Shown here piece by piece: positions 9,001 to 22,627 of a DNA stretch of 64,000 nt. The notes below the pieces were generated by a model that had not been told where the DNA came from, did not search any database, and saw nothing but the letters and a program-made list of their open reading frames with translations. The translations under genes and the position numbers were made by a program. Source of the DNA: Halocafeteria seosinensis (taxonomy: Eukaryota); the NCBI GenBank assembly GCA_001687465.1, contig LVLI01000020.1:1-64000 (forward strand), read 5' to 3'. How positions within the stretch are numbered: the stretch's first letter is position 1; the number at the start of each line of letters is the position of its first letter.

Positions 9001-12000
9001 GAGTGCTCTTGAAACCGCTTATTCGACCTCACCTTTCGTATGGGTACATTAATGAAGCTATGGAGAAAAGTGCTCTCATAAGAAAAGATAAGTCAGGGGC
9101 TGAAGAATTGAAGCAGGATATCCTGCAACTGTACCAGCAGGATCCGTACGACGATGACGAACGACAGCGGAGCCTACGAGTCCAAGTGGAGGGTCGGCAG
9201 CCATGGGATGGCAGTCCTACAATTCTTGCCTTAGGTATCGCAGCAGACGGAACCGGAGGGGAGGATACCGCAGTTATAGTTGATAAAGAGGGGAATCCTA
9301 TGGACTCAATCTTCCTACCTTCTGATAGAACTGAGCGGACGAAACGATTGACGGAATTATTGTTTACGTTTGCTCCCGACTGCACTGTCATTGGGGCTAG
9401 CGGAATGCGTGCAAGGGGCTTGAGAAGGGCAGTAGAAGAAGCTTCCTTGGAGTTGCCTCAATTGGTAAAACGTGCGCGAAATGCTGTTTTACGTGGCAGA
9501 AAGCAGAAACGGAAGCAGGAACCTGAGAGCGCGGTCGATGAAGAGGATACTTTAGGAGAAACGTCTCTGACGGCATTGAAAGCGGCACATAGCAAGAAGC
9601 AACCGGGCGGTCGACAGAATAGGTCGGGGGATGGAGTCGTGGGTGGTATAACCCTTGGAGGCGAATTTGGCCCCAGTGGTAAGTACAGCCATCTTGCACC
9701 TGTAGCAGCCCGATGGGGGAAGAAAGGAAGCTGGGAAAAGAAGATACCAAGAGCTGTTCTTCCTCCTGTAGGAGAAGAAGAAAGAGACAACGATACGGGC
9801 GCATTTCCCATCATATTAATGGATGATAACATTGCTAGAGCATATGCCGGTAGCTCACGTGCCGCGCGTGAGCTACCGGAGTACTCGGATATGGCTAGAA
9901 TGGCAGTGTCCTTAGCCAGGTATTGTCAAAGTCCGTTAGCTGAACTCTGTTATCTGTGGGGCCTCAGAGGAGACAACAAGACCGCAACGTTAGCCCTTTC
10001 CACTGGTATCGCGTCAAATGGTAGTGAACTGTTGAGGCTACCCTTGCATGAGCTGCAAGATGTTGTTTCAGAATCAGTTTTGCTTCGTGAGGCAGAGAAG
10101 GTATTTATTGACGTTGTCAACGCCGTAGGTGTCGATATAAACAAAGCTGCGCAGACCGATCACTTTGCAGCGCAGTTGCAATTTGTCGGTGGCCTTGGGC
10201 CCCGTAAGACTAATATGTTAATCCAGTCTCTGCAGGCACTGAAGACACGCGCGTCAACTGATGATACGTTTGCCGTAGATGAACACCAAAACTGGCGTGT
10301 TGTTGTCAGTTCACGGGAGCAACTTGTGCGCGAGGGTCTACTGACTCCGAAGGTGTTCCGGAATGCTGCATCGACCCTCACAATACAGGACCCACGAATG
10401 CACGGCTACGCGCTTCTAGAAGACATCCAGCGCGCTGGTAATGTTGATGAGGAAAATATGCCAGATGTGTCAAAGATCTCCGCTTTGGAACGTGACGACC
10501 CTGCCGTAGCTCAATGGGCAAGAGACAGCAACATTGTTGCTGAGGAGGTCCGTGCTCGAAATCCATTGGACTCGACCCGTATACATCCAGAAGACTACAC
10601 TTTGGGTTTCCAAATGTGCAAAACCATTGACGATATGATCCAAGAAGATGATGGAAGCTCGGCTACACCGAAAGTAACCCATCCGTCTACGTATAGGCAG
10701 CTGGTGTTGTTGACAGCATACCGAATACAGAAGGAATTCCGAGAGTGGCTAATTGGCCAAACTGAAGAAACTGTATACGAGGCCGATTCTTTGTGTCAAC
10801 AGATCCCAGGTCCCAGGTACAGCATGGCGCCAGAGGCGTGGAGTCCGCGGGCTGAAATTGCCGGTGGAGAATCAGGGAGTGTGGCGGAACCTAAGGACTC
10901 TGTACAGCAGCTGGACTTGAACGCGTTTGCAAGCATGCTTGAGAACCAAGTGCCCAGTGGAACCATGTCAACGAGGAAACTGTCCATCCTTGAAGAAATG
11001 AAAGCAGAGCTGCGTCAGTGTTATCGAGATCCACGTCGACCCTTTTGCGAAATGCCTGCTTTAGCTTTGTTTCGCCTGCTTACGGGTGAAACGTCACAGA
11101 CGTTACGGCCGGGCTTGGTGACTACTGTTACTGTGAGTGAAATACAAGATAATCGCCTACGTGTGCGAATGGTAGATAATGGTTTATTTGGGATCATTAA
11201 ACGTTTCGAATTGGTCCAAAGCGAATGGGAGAGACCAGATGACATTGATCTCAATGCGAGGTTTGAAGAGGGTCAAAAGTTGAAGGCGCGTGTGATATCT
11301 GTAAACCGGGATCGATTCCAGGTGCTCCTAAGTTGTCGTCCCGAAAAATTGAGAGTACCGGCCCCTCTTCCTTTCCTAGACCACAGCTGTGATGTAGTAG
11401 AAGCTGATCGACTGATCCGAAAGGCGAAAGAAAGACAAACCGAAGATGCTGCTGAATTTGACGAAGCTGCTCGGGAAGCTCTGCGAGCTCAAAGAGGAGG
11501 GAAGTACCAGTGGGCTACCCGTCCCATAGGATTTCCGGCGTTCCAGAATGTAAGCAAAGAAAAGGCCGAGGAGTATCTAAAGGATAAACCATTATACACG
11601 GCAATCATTAGGCCTTCTTTGAAAGGACCTCATTATCTCACTATAACATGGAAATTTGGTGAAGATGTGTATGTGGATATACTCATTGAAGAAAGAGATA
11701 AGCCTTCAAACTCGCCTGACGGTGAGTTGGCCCTCGGGGAACGGTTGATTGTTTCAGGGTACGAGTACTCGAGCTTAGACGAAGTGATGACTCGACATGT
11801 TGACGCGATATCCAGTCACGTCCGGGACTTGCAGGCTTGCTCTAAGTACAGGCGCGCTAGAGGTGAGGAGGTAAAGCGTCAGATGAAAGAGGATGTCAAG
11901 AACAATCCATCAAAAATACCCTACTATATATCTCCATCGGTAGAGATCCCCGGTGCTTTCCTTCTCTGGTATTCTGCGAAGCCCGTCTCTAAGAATGACA

Positions 12001-12347
12001 GCGGTTGCTACTCAGAGCATATTTCTGTAACTCCAGAGGGATTCAAGATGCGGGGGAAAATAAGCTCCTCTGTGTCATCACTGATTCGTGACTTCAAGAA
12101 CCGATACAAAGAGCTTGTCAGCTACCGTCATCAGAAGATCCAACGAAGTGAACAGAACAGACAAGCCTATCAGGGATATTACAGGGAGCCACCCATCCAT
12201 CCAGATCGTCAGCGGACGTGGGGCTACGTATCGCAAGCCTCACCCGATCCTCGGTATGGGCATCCTCCACCACCACCTAATCCGCCGCCGCCACCTCCGG
12301 CTCAAAACGCATATCGACCCCAAGGTGGAACTCGGTGGGGACGTTGA
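6092..12347 (+). CDS. SPT6: Transcription elongation factor/histone chaperone Spt6; intron 6728-6803
   Basis: Acidic N-terminus, FIVDDE, D.VR.TDVPER, FVGGLGPRK (HhH), LDSTRIHPEDY, an S1 domain and a tandem SH2 region (IIRPS.KG..YLTITWK). Confidence 0.96.
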
Positions 12348-12463
12348 GAAGAGCAGAACTGTCGCATTCGTTGTCATCCGAGTCCCCTTTTCTGTCAATA
12401 GTTAATCGCTTAGTGTGCTACCCAAGCAACAATTCACACTAGAATAGTGTGGGTAATGCAACA

Positions 12464-13201
12464 CTAGTGTGACTTGAGCGACGTCTGGATACTGTAGTTG
12501 GCACCAGCAGTTACTAGCAAAGAGAGGAACAGCTGAGCGGTAGCAAAACATCTAAGTGCAGTAGATAGATTCGACATCCCCCAAGCACTCCATAATCCTA
12601 ACGTCGCTGCAGTAGTCCAGACGATAAGACCTAAGTAACCCACAAAACGATGGGTCCTGTCTCGGAAAACCCAACGAGTAGCTACTGGTTTCTTCTCTCC
12701 CGTTCCTAAAGCCCTCAGTTTCAGTAACAAGTTCGATAGCACTAGCCCCTGAGAAACAAAAACTTATTAAAAGAACCGAACCTACACATAACGTTACGAT
12801 CTTACCTGAAGCATGTTGACGAAGAGTAACGCCACTCCTGCGATGCCTGCAAGACTATGCCATGTTCGAATATGCGGTTTACCGAGCCCGTCCTTGTGTA
12901 TCCAGATGCTTGCAATCCCCAGCAGTACGAGCACCACGCCAACTGTGTTGAGCAAGGTGTGAATTTGGGTTCTCAGCCGGGTCGACATGCGTCGTGGTCC
13001 TCCTTGTTTGCATGCCAGTAGTGATATGGAGTTGTGAAAACACGCTAGAATCGCTGTCGACATAGCTATAACATGGGTCGAAAATTTCCATCCTGAAGAT
13101 GACCACACTGGCGGGAGAGCATTCGAGCAGAGTATCGCTTCCAAGACAGCGTAATTGATGACGTGCGTCAGCACTATGTAACTCTCCCGAGAAGCAAACA
13201 T
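12464..13201 (-). CDS. Cytochrome b561-domain membrane protein; intron 12749-12805
   Basis: Heme-ligand His pattern HVIAM, IHTLLN, KPHIRTWHSLAG, THRFVG, with several TM helices. Confidence 0.85.
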
Positions 13202-13482
13202 GGCTAATGCCACAATTTTCGCTTATAAAGGCGTACTGCGCTCAATTCGAATTCCACACGATCTTCCAGTTTGTTTACCCCAGTAAGGGAGGGGAGCTGT
13301 AGATGCTTCACAACATGGGTATTGATGATGCTGTCCGTCGCTGCAGTACGAATGGTGTGAGAGATTGTAAAACAACCACACACACACACACACAAAAAAA
13401 AACTCATTCCACACGGTCCCAACTCTATACATAAAGAAGGCAATCCCAGTGATTTGCCTTGGGTGCGTACATTGTAGAACCG

Positions 13483-15823
13483 ATGCCGCCTCCAAAGAAG
13501 AACAGTCCCTTGCTGCTGGACGGCGAGGAGAAGGACTACGAGGAGGATGATGCCCAAGGAGCTATTCACGATGGAGAAGAGACTCTGAGTTTCTATCATG
13601 ATGAAGAGTCTGGAAACGACCGACGCAAGAGCAAAAAGTCAAAGAAGAAAGACAGCCGCCGGAGCGGGACAAGTGGAAGGGCGCAAGCTCGAAGTAAATC
13701 AATTGGAGAAACTAGTTCTACTCAGGTTCTTCGTGAGGATACGGAGGCCTCCTTGCCCACGAACTCGTCCCGCCAAGTGTCGAATAACTCTCACGAGGGC
13801 AGAGCTCAGCAAGGAATACGCAGTCTATCGACGGGGAACACAGACCCGCTGGCACTCAAAGTGAACGTGGAACCTCCTCCTCAGAATACTTTGAAACACT
13901 ATTACTCCAGTTTTATCGAGGACGAGATAGAAGAAGAGGAAATAGAAGATGACGACGCCAAAGCTACTCCTACTGGTACTGTTATTTGCATAATTGCCAA
14001 TGTTGTTGGAGCAGGACTGCTGTCCCTGTAAGCATTGAGACAACACCGAGCTTTGAATTGTTTTCCGTGTTTCTACAGTGGCGTATTTTGTGTCCTACAG
14101 GCCGTGGACGTACTGCGAAGCAAGCATTGTGACAGGAACATTTGCTATGTTGCTAACGGCGGTTTTGAATTGGGGCGCAGCATACATGATTGCTGCCTCG
14201 GCAGAGAGTCTCCAAGTGTTTACGTACAGGGAGTTGGGAGAACAAACTTTGGGATTGGTATGGGGCCGTATTGCACAGGCTGTCATGGGGTTGTATACGT
14301 TTGGTAGCTGCGTTACCTACCTAGTATTACTCGGTGATTTTATACCCAAAGTTATGGAAGATCTCTCGGACAGTGCCATTCTGACAAATAGAGCATTGAT
14401 CATGGTGTTTTTGTCAGTGGTGATACTTCTACCCTTGTCTCTACTGAAAGGTGCGCATTTGTATCATTAGTCATCTGCCATAGAATGGTCTGTCATTCAA
14501 TTTTTTCGGCTTCGAAACTTACACAGATCTCAGCAGTTTGCGTCATACGAGCACCCTCTCTCTTCTTTGTATTGCGTATGCGTTCGCTGTTATTGCAGCG
14601 CGAGCAGTACGACACTCAGAACCAACTGAAACTGCAAAACTGAATAGTGGTGTTTTGAGTGCATTCCCGATTATTAACGTCAGCTTCAGTAAGTTTCCTT
14701 CCTGCTCCCTCTACGACTCTACGACACCACTACATTTTAACTAACTGCAGCATTCCACTACAATGTCCCGCGCTTTTATCGAGAGCTACGACCGAAATAC
14801 AGAAACTTGCGGGTATTTTCGAATGTTGTCGGTGTGTCTTTCATAATCTGCCTTGTGTTGTACGTCAGCACCGCCACTTTGGGCTACTTTGCATTCGGGA
14901 GAGACACCAAAGGAAATGCTCTCCGAGGCTTTTCAGGTACTGTCTTTATATAGCGAACAATGTTTTCAAGTGCGCTTATGCTATATCGCGATGTGCATGT
15001 GTCCCATACAGAGAGTGATGTACCCGCCATAATTGCTCGGATAGGGCTGGGGTTCACCATGGCGTTCATTTATCCCTTGGCTTTCCATTCTCTGAGAACA
15101 ACAGTTTTCTCACTAGCTCCGCGCGCCGTGTCACACCTAAAATGCAAATGGCTCAGTCGAAGCAGCAGCGAGACGGATGCACTGAACACTAAACCGGCGG
15201 ATGCTGTCAACCACTACACGGAGGAAGCAGACGATAATGAATCCGTACCGGCTGTATCCTCCGATGATGACCACACCTTCCTCAGTAGGGTGGTTGTAAC
15301 ACTGTTCTTCGTGAGTGCAACCATCATCGTTGCTATTGAAGAACCCAAAGTTGAGGTTGTGCTCGGATATAAGGGCTCCCTCTTCGGCAGTTCTATAGTC
15401 TACATCTTCCCTGCGCTGATATATTGCATCTTGAAGTGGCAAGCTTCTTCTGCAACATCAGCCGCAGAGTCTCTAGAAAACAAGCGCGCTGCGGAGCGTG
15501 CAGAAGAGACAACGTCTTGGGCCAACGCCAAGGTCTTAATGGCAGGAAGAGAAGGTGTCGGAGATCCAGACGACTCTGGCGTCACACGGACCCCGGATGC
15601 ACACGATCGAGGGGCCGAAGCAGCTGCGTGGGTAGAGCAGGTCCGCCAAGCGAGGAAAACGGTGTCACCTTGGAAAAACCTATCCATATCCTGTTTAGCT
15701 GGCATTCTCCGCCAGAGCTATGGCCCCATAATACTGTTCTACCTGGTATGGGGCCTCATTTCGATCGTTGTGGGAACGATGAAATCAACTCCTGGTACAG
15801 GCACATGCCCTCACAATGGCTAA
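13483..15823 (+). CDS. Amino acid transporter, AAAP/SLC38 family; 4 introns
   Basis: IANVVGAGLLSLPW, YRELG, YLVLLGD, LPLSLLKDLSSLRHTS, FTFHYNVP, LGYKGSLFGSSIVYIFPA after removing GT-AG introns. Confidence 0.92.
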
Positions 15824-15865
15824 GAATGCACGATGGTATATATGTGCTGCGTCCCTGAAGTTGAT

Positions 15866-17421
15866 TTAACTCGTCTCTTCGTAGACTGACGGACTAGCCG
15901 TCACCTCCTGTCGCACTTCCGTCTGACTGGAATCGTCATCAGCGGCGCGGGTCCCATACCATGCGGACACAAATGCATCTATGAGAATTTGAGAAAAATG
16001 TGCGACGATGCAAGATATAATCATGAGACCTTGTATTCCAACAGACGAAGGGAGTGACGTTATCAATGCAACGGCAACGGTAAGCGTTTTCTGAGACCCA
16101 GCTAGCACTACCGCCGTGGTTGCCCGGGCATTGACATCAGCAACGTGAGTGATTAGCACATTATAAACAAGGAAGACGATATGCATGGCAGCACCTGCGG
16201 CTATCAGTATGAAAATGTTGCCGACACTGGTTCTCCCGAAGTCATTTCGCGATTCAGATATCTGTGTACGAGGGTTTCAATCAGAGTCAGCCAATCCAGT
16301 GGTACAGCGAGCCATACGTACCTTCATCCACGGGATCAAGACCAGCATGAATGAAGAGGTTACTTTGATATATGTCTTGAACTCCTTCAACTTGTTTCTC
16401 AGCTTTTTTGACGTACCTCTGATCAGCTTTCCCGCGACTAGAGGAACCAGGATAGTAAGGACTAGCTGGACTAATAACCCCAGGGGGTCCAGTGAGCCAC
16501 TGGCACTGCCGGTGCTCAGGAATGCCGAGACCCACAAAGGTGAAGATATCACGCTAACCATATTGCTTACAACAGAGAACAGGAGAGCCAAGGCAACATT
16601 TCCTTTTGCCGCTTGCGTTAGAACAACACCGCTGCTGATGGTAGATGGCATTGCCGAAAAGATTGCAAGACCGGTGGCAAATTCTGAGGGACTCAGCGGC
16701 ATTGACACTAACAAAAACCCTAAACAAGGCGTAACAAGAATTATACTTGACAGGCCTATAACCATTGCTGCAACACATTGAGAAATAGAGGTCGAGCATC
16801 GGTCACGTACAAATACCGGTACCAAGTCTACTCACCCTTCACACTTGAGAGAGCATCCATCACCTGCTCCGTATCCAACTGGATACCATTGAGAAAAAAA
16901 ATGATGATAATGCATATCAGAGAAAGTGGCGTCTTCTCAGATACTGCCGCCCCGGGGTTAGGCGCAGATGCCCCGATGACCACAGCAAGAATTAACAGCA
17001 ATGGCAGATGCCATTTCAGAAGGGCTTGACCGAGTTTAGTGAACCAACCAGGTGGAGGGCGGTCAGTCTCCGTCTGCTCCGCTGTGGTAGTATCATATTT
17101 ATCTGGGTCTTGTTCTTCCTCCTCCTCTATTGGTTCGGAGCTTCTATCCTCGGCCACATTCTCAACTTGGTGCCATGGGGGCTGCATCATTGCAAGTTTC
17201 CCCTCGTCGCCTTCTGCTTCAGAAGCCTCTTGAGGGCGCGACAATAAAACATCTCTATCTTCATTCGCTGCTGATTCATACTGCGGTTCTACCGAAACAC
17301 TGACATGCCCATCGGCCGTCGTTAGCCCTTCAGCATCCTCCAGTGTATGCGAACCGTGAACACTCGTTCGGGTGTCAGCTTCCGTGGAACTACTCATCTT
17401 TGTCCTATTCATCGTCGTCAT
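15866..17421 (-). CDS. Bile acid:Na+ symporter family (BASS4/SLC10A7-like); 2 introns; start approximate
   Basis: IFFLNGIQL, MPSTISSGVVLTQAAKGN, LTILVPLVAG, SQKTLTVA, HFSQILID. Confidence 0.9.
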
Positions 17422-18390
17422 CCTCGCCTTGCATTGAAACGTGGACACCAGCCCACATCCCCATGTGTATCAACAACTTACCTAGCTTTCTCTCTAGTCC
17501 ATTACTGGTTTCTGATCAACAAGCACGTCCACAGCTTCACAAACACCACTAGACTTCCTGAGTGATGTGGTCAGCAACTACTCGACCACCTGGCGTAAAG
17601 GACTGATTCTTCCGTATGTGTCTTCTAACTCTTAACTTGGGCAACTGTTAATGAGCGAACGGTAAGCTGTTATCCCAAACGGAGAGTCTAAACCATGCAA
17701 CGAGTCAATTAGGAAATTCCACACGCCAGAGTACCACATGTTGTACAGACGTCTCCCATTCCCCTAAACAAGAGAGTTAGTATATCCACTTATTTAGACT
17801 TCGATATCAATTTCTATGGCATACGATAAAAGACTGCAGAAGAAGCTCCAGAAGAAAAGAATTTTCTAGCTTAAGTTCTGATGAGAGTTGGAATTTCCCT
17901 CTCTCAAGTAATAATTTCCGATGCATTTAAACAGCCTAACATGAAAAACTATGCACTATATAGACTCACCTCAATGAAACGCTCAATGATATAAAAGAAA
18001 AGACAAAGGAAAAGAGATGATACACTATCGGGGAGGAAAAGATATCCCATACTGTCCACATTTTGTACACCCTAATTCTTCTTACTACCAACAAAATGAC
18101 AAACAGAAACATATACTCCTGTTTCCTTCTAATCACATCCCCTTACTAAGAAACGATGTTGCAATGATACTTGCTTGTTGAGTTCTTCATTTCAATCCTA
18201 ATCGATGCACCTAGCATCAATTTCGCATCTGAATTCGCTGAAGAAAGAAGAATTCAACTTTAATGCTCATGGTTTCGACAGGATTCCAATTCCTATAGTC
18301 ACCCGTCTTCATTTAAAAAGCACCCGAACCGCATCACCTAACTTTCTTCGCGAGAAGTAGCTATATTACACACTTTGGAATAATAATTCT

Positions 18391-20551
18391 TCAAACGTGC
18401 ATAAGCGAGAGGAAGAATCTCACGAGCTCTTCATGTTTGTGGACGTACTCGACATCAAGGGACGGGCCCTTTAGTTTGTCAAGTTTCTCGTCCCAAAGGT
18501 TAAAAGCCAAGGGAAACGAAAAGAGTTTGTCAAAACCTTCTTCCAAAGTGGGTTCCTCGTATTGCTTAAAATGCGAATGAGTGACCACCGCAGGAACGGA
18601 ACGACCCTCGTCAGTATCTTGCTGTACCTCCTCCATTGATCCAGTAAAGAACTTTGCCCGTTTTGCGGGGCGTAATTTTCGCAGGAGATTAAGTCTTAGA
18701 CACTGGTCCTTGGATGCGCCGATTGTTATCACAACCTTGCACAACGACGAGCCGCGACTCTTGAACGAGTCGAAGAGGCTTATCCAATCCGCTCGCGTAC
18801 TCCTATCTTTGTTTGTGGCATCAACTACCACACTCTTTCCCTCATTAAGTGCTTGCTGTGCGTTCTTCATACACTTCTGCTTATTCTTCAGCTCATCTTG
18901 GCATATTCGAACAATTCCAAGATTGCTCTCAAGCACCTCTTTCGCGAACGTCGTTTTGCCCGAAGCCGGAGATCCTACTAGCATAATCGCACATTGCCCA
19001 TTCCATTCATTCCAAAACATAGAGAACTCTTGAAATTTTTCTGAAAAGAGCTGGCAATCTTCAATCATCTTCATCGCTTGGTGGTTCGTGAAATCCTTTA
19101 AATGCTCCCTTGCCTGCAGCTGCTTCATGACTGTCCCCAGAGCTACATCCTTGCCAAACAACGCCTCTGGGGGTATGAACTGTAAACCCGTATTCTTTGC
19201 GAAATCCAAGTCAGAACTTGAATGATCGCCTACACGTCCAGCAGCGTCACCCACAAAGAACGAGTTATCCCGGTGTAGCCTAGCACCTTTCAGACACGCT
19301 CCCTCTAACAACAGCCACATACCATGCCGCGGCTTTCTATAAAAATCATCGTTAGGAGCAAGGAACGTAATCGGTGTTACACCTTTTTTGTCGAGTGCTC
19401 TCGCAATTTCTTCGATCCGACCACGGGCGTCATCCTCAGACACTTGCCCCTTCGCAATACCAAGTTGGTTGGAAAATATTGCGATTTGATAGCCGTAAGT
19501 GCTTTGTAAATCCGACAACACTTCCGGGACACTTGTAAATGTCCATTTCCAATCGTATGCACTCTTGGGGAATTTCTTACCACTCTTTGGCTTCACCAAC
19601 GTATCTGCAGCACCCCGAGCAAATAGTAATCATCTGGCGACTTCCCAATAACTCCGACTCCCTACACTTACCATCCAAGTCAAATGCGGCAATTTGTACC
19701 GTGTCCGGGACAGTAAAATCTTTGTGGATATAGTAGTAACAATCTCCCATCAGAGCATATCTAGCAGCCAGGTTCTTTGGCAGATGAGTTGCCAGCTTGG
19801 CCGGTTGCTCATTGTGTAACTCTGCGACAATAGCGTACCAAGAACCAGCAGAACTTTCTGATTCGTTTCCAACATCGGCAGGGGTGAAGAAAGAGCTCAA
19901 AGTCTTCTGAGATTTCGTCCCACCCTTGGTAAGTTGTGCATTGGAGCTACCGTCTCGACTGTTTGGCAAAGTATGATACACTGCCTCTTTAGGCACACAG
20001 ACCAAGGGGTTTTCCCTCGCACCTTTCGAAATACCCTTCACGATTGAGGCAATAGCCTCGGCTCGAGAACGCATGTGCTCCAGTTCAATATTGCAGTGCT
20101 GTGTGGTATCTTCTCTTGCTCGCTTGTTACCACCGTTGCTGCGAGATCCTCCTTCCAAGTCCGGTTCCCGATCAAGACTTGCCGTCAGAACCGCTTGCTG
20201 TATCCATTCACACGAAACAACAGACACGCACTTCTCCTTCGCCTCCGTGGTACTTAAATGGGCTATTAATGCTTGGCGAAAGTCGAAAGCTTGCTTGGTA
20301 TGCGCTGGTGATGCTACGACCTTGACCGTGTTGCCGAGTAGTAAATGCTGCAATACAGTTGAATACCACTTCGCAGCGTCTTTTTCTGCCCTGCAGTTGA
20401 TGGCCTCCCGAAGAGAACCGTCGTCTCCGACTTCGTGAACAGTAGCACCGAGGGTCTCTAATTTCTCCTTCCAAATCTGCCGCTGCTGTTTGGTCGAATT
20501 GTACCTACAACTGGGAAGAAATACGAGGTATTCAGCAGAGGAATGCTCCAT
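18391..20551 (-). CDS. PNKP: Polynucleotide kinase 3'-phosphatase with a BRCT-like N-terminal extension; intron 19605-19671
   Basis: HAD motif AAFDLDDTL (spliced), IFSNQLG, YRKP..GMW, FVGDAAGR; kinase P-loop GSPASGKTT; VVDATN. Confidence 0.92.
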
Positions 20552-20785
20552 TATACGACCCTATACTGCCGCAGCCCCTCTATTTGTAGATTGGAGAGAG
20601 AGAGAGACAGAGACAGAGAGAAAGTGAATAAAACTACCAGGGTGCATCAATTCAACTCCTTTGGCTAAGGCTTTGAGTTTAATTTGAATTTGAATTCCAG
20701 TGATCTTCCAGTTGAGAAAGTTTTATTGAACATACGTACGGGTCTACTTTATCATTAAAATTAAAAACACAGAGAATTGTCATAG

Positions 20786-22627
20786 TTAGCCATCTTCTCC
20801 ATCGAACTCCTTGAAAAAGGACCTCTTCTTGGTAATGTTTGCGGGAGCGGTCTGCACAGGCGAATATTGAGAACCGCCAGTGTCGAGATGCTCTAGTCTA
20901 AAAGAATGATTATGTTTCCTCCGGCTATTGTCCTCCTCGTAGGTTACCGATAATGCTTCTTCTACAACGGATGAAATAAGGGTCCTTGTGCTTTCGTTAC
21001 CAGTATCAACGATGTCATGGTTTCCGTTCCACAAAGTATCGCTATAACTCGGGGTTCCTTGCCCAAAGAGTTCAGTAACATCGTGATTCGATGCTGCAGA
21101 GTTAACATCTTCTTGAGAGGTGGAAGACGATGCTTTGCAGACAAGAGAAAGCGGACTGTTGTCCCGAGAGTCGTACACAGAAGACCGAGACAGTCGCTCT
21201 AGAAGACTGGATTCCAAGTAGCTTTCAGCATAATGGTCTGTGCTGGCCATACCTGAAGAACGGTGCGGCCGTTTGGGATGGTCCCAAAAGCGCCTCCTAC
21301 CACTGAGATAAGTGTCACTAAATGGGGGTTCAGGACCAGTGGAATCTGAAGGGTCCTCGCTAGCCAGTGGGCTCTCTTGAACCTGCATTGAATATCCGCA
21401 CTGGCTGTTGTCGGCGGGAGCGCGTTTACCAGTATCGTTATCCTCCCTTTGCTCTACTATGCCGGAACGAGATTCATATATTCTGTTAGCCTCGCCAGTA
21501 TTCAAAGAATGCAAGGCGTTTTGCTCCACCGGGTAAGATAAAGAAACATGGGCACCTGACATGGCATGCGCAGAACTTGGGTTATCGGTAGTTACAGAAC
21601 TCTGAGTGTCATCTCTATGTGTCCTTGAGTGAGACACTTCCTGAGTTGATGGATGATCGCTTTCATCCTGGAGCGAGCTTTCCGTATTTTCCCATATATC
21701 AGACTGTATAGAGTCTTCATGCGAGAACTGGGCATTTCCCAAAACCTGCTGACGTCCTGTATTATCGGGAGATTCAACATCACTGGCCACGGTGGGAGTC
21801 CTTCCGGCTGTCTGACTGCTTCCTTGAAGAATATTTCGCTCTCCTTTTCCAATCGCTTTCTGCTTTGACGTCTTTGATTGCTCCTTCTTGGCTTGATCTC
21901 GAGCAAACTGAAGCTCCCGCTGTAGCGAAGCCATGGCTTCCGGAGAATATCGCAATTCTTCTGTACCGTGTGCAAAATTGCACTTGTCCCCGTACTTGCA
22001 ACTCTTGCCACCAGAATTTAACCAATAGAGGCACAACTTGGTTTTGTATTTGCTAGACGAATTTCCGGTACCATTGCTTGCGCTGGATGCGGGAGGCTGA
22101 GCCGTTGTTGGAGAAGCATCTTTAGGTGGTGGCAACGGAGGTTGCTGAGCTGGAGGATGCACCGGCCGCATATTTTGATGTGGTAACGGAGGACCGTAGT
22201 GATACACAGGATATGGTGATTGCCACGCATGGTACGGTTGCTGATGAGGATGCTGCATAGCTGGCGGTGGCATGGGAACGTGATGATATCCGGGCGCATA
22301 GGGGGAGCTGTGCGGTGGCGGAGCTGGTGCCATTCCTGCTGGCCCGTAATGATAGGAAGGATAACCATAAGCGACTTGATGATAGTTCGCATACGCCTGT
22401 TGGTACTCAGTTGGAGGTGGAGCCACTGGTCGTGGAGGTTGAGGTTGCGAGCTCATCGCAGGATATTCATACTGAGGGGGAGGTGGTGGGTGCGAAGTTA
22501 CGGCAGGATAGCCTTGAGTGTATCCACCATACTGAATCGACTCTTGCCCATACTTTTGCTGATTATGCTTCGGCTTTGCTCCTTGTCGGTTGGAGCCTTT
22601 CTTCGGGTGTGGTTTCCGGGGCTCCAT
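20786..22627 (-). CDS. CCCH (TTP/Tis11-type) zinc-finger protein with a Pro/Tyr/Gln-rich low-complexity region
   Basis: KYKTKLCLYWLNSGGKSCKYGDKCNFAHGTEEL. Confidence 0.85.
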   Translation of the reverse strand: MEPRKPHPKKGSNRQGAKPKHNQQKYGQESIQYGGYTQGYPAVTSHPPPPPQYEYPAMSSQPQPPRPVAPPPTEYQQAYANYHQVAYGYPSYHYGPAGMAPAPPPHSSPYAPGYHHVPMPPPAMQHPHQQPYHAWQSPYPVYHYGPPLPHQNMRPVHPPAQQPPLPPPKDASPTTAQPPASSASNGTGNSSSKYKTKLCLYWLNSGGKSCKYGDKCNFAHGTEELRYSPEAMASLQRELQFARDQAKKEQSKTSKQKAIGKGERNILQGSSQTAGRTPTVASDVESPDNTGRQQVLGNAQFSHEDSIQSDIWENTESSLQDESDHPSTQEVSHSRTHRDDTQSSVTTDNPSSAHAMSGAHVSLSYPVEQNALHSLNTGEANRIYESRSGIVEQREDNDTGKRAPADNSQCGYSMQVQESPLASEDPSDSTGPEPPFSDTYLSGRRRFWDHPKRPHRSSGMASTDHYAESYLESSLLERLSRSSVYDSRDNSPLSLVCKASSSTSQEDVNSAASNHDVTELFGQGTPSYSDTLWNGNHDIVDTGNESTRTLISSVVEEALSVTYEEDNSRRKHNHSFRLEHLDTGGSQYSPVQTAPANITKKRSFFKEFDGEDG

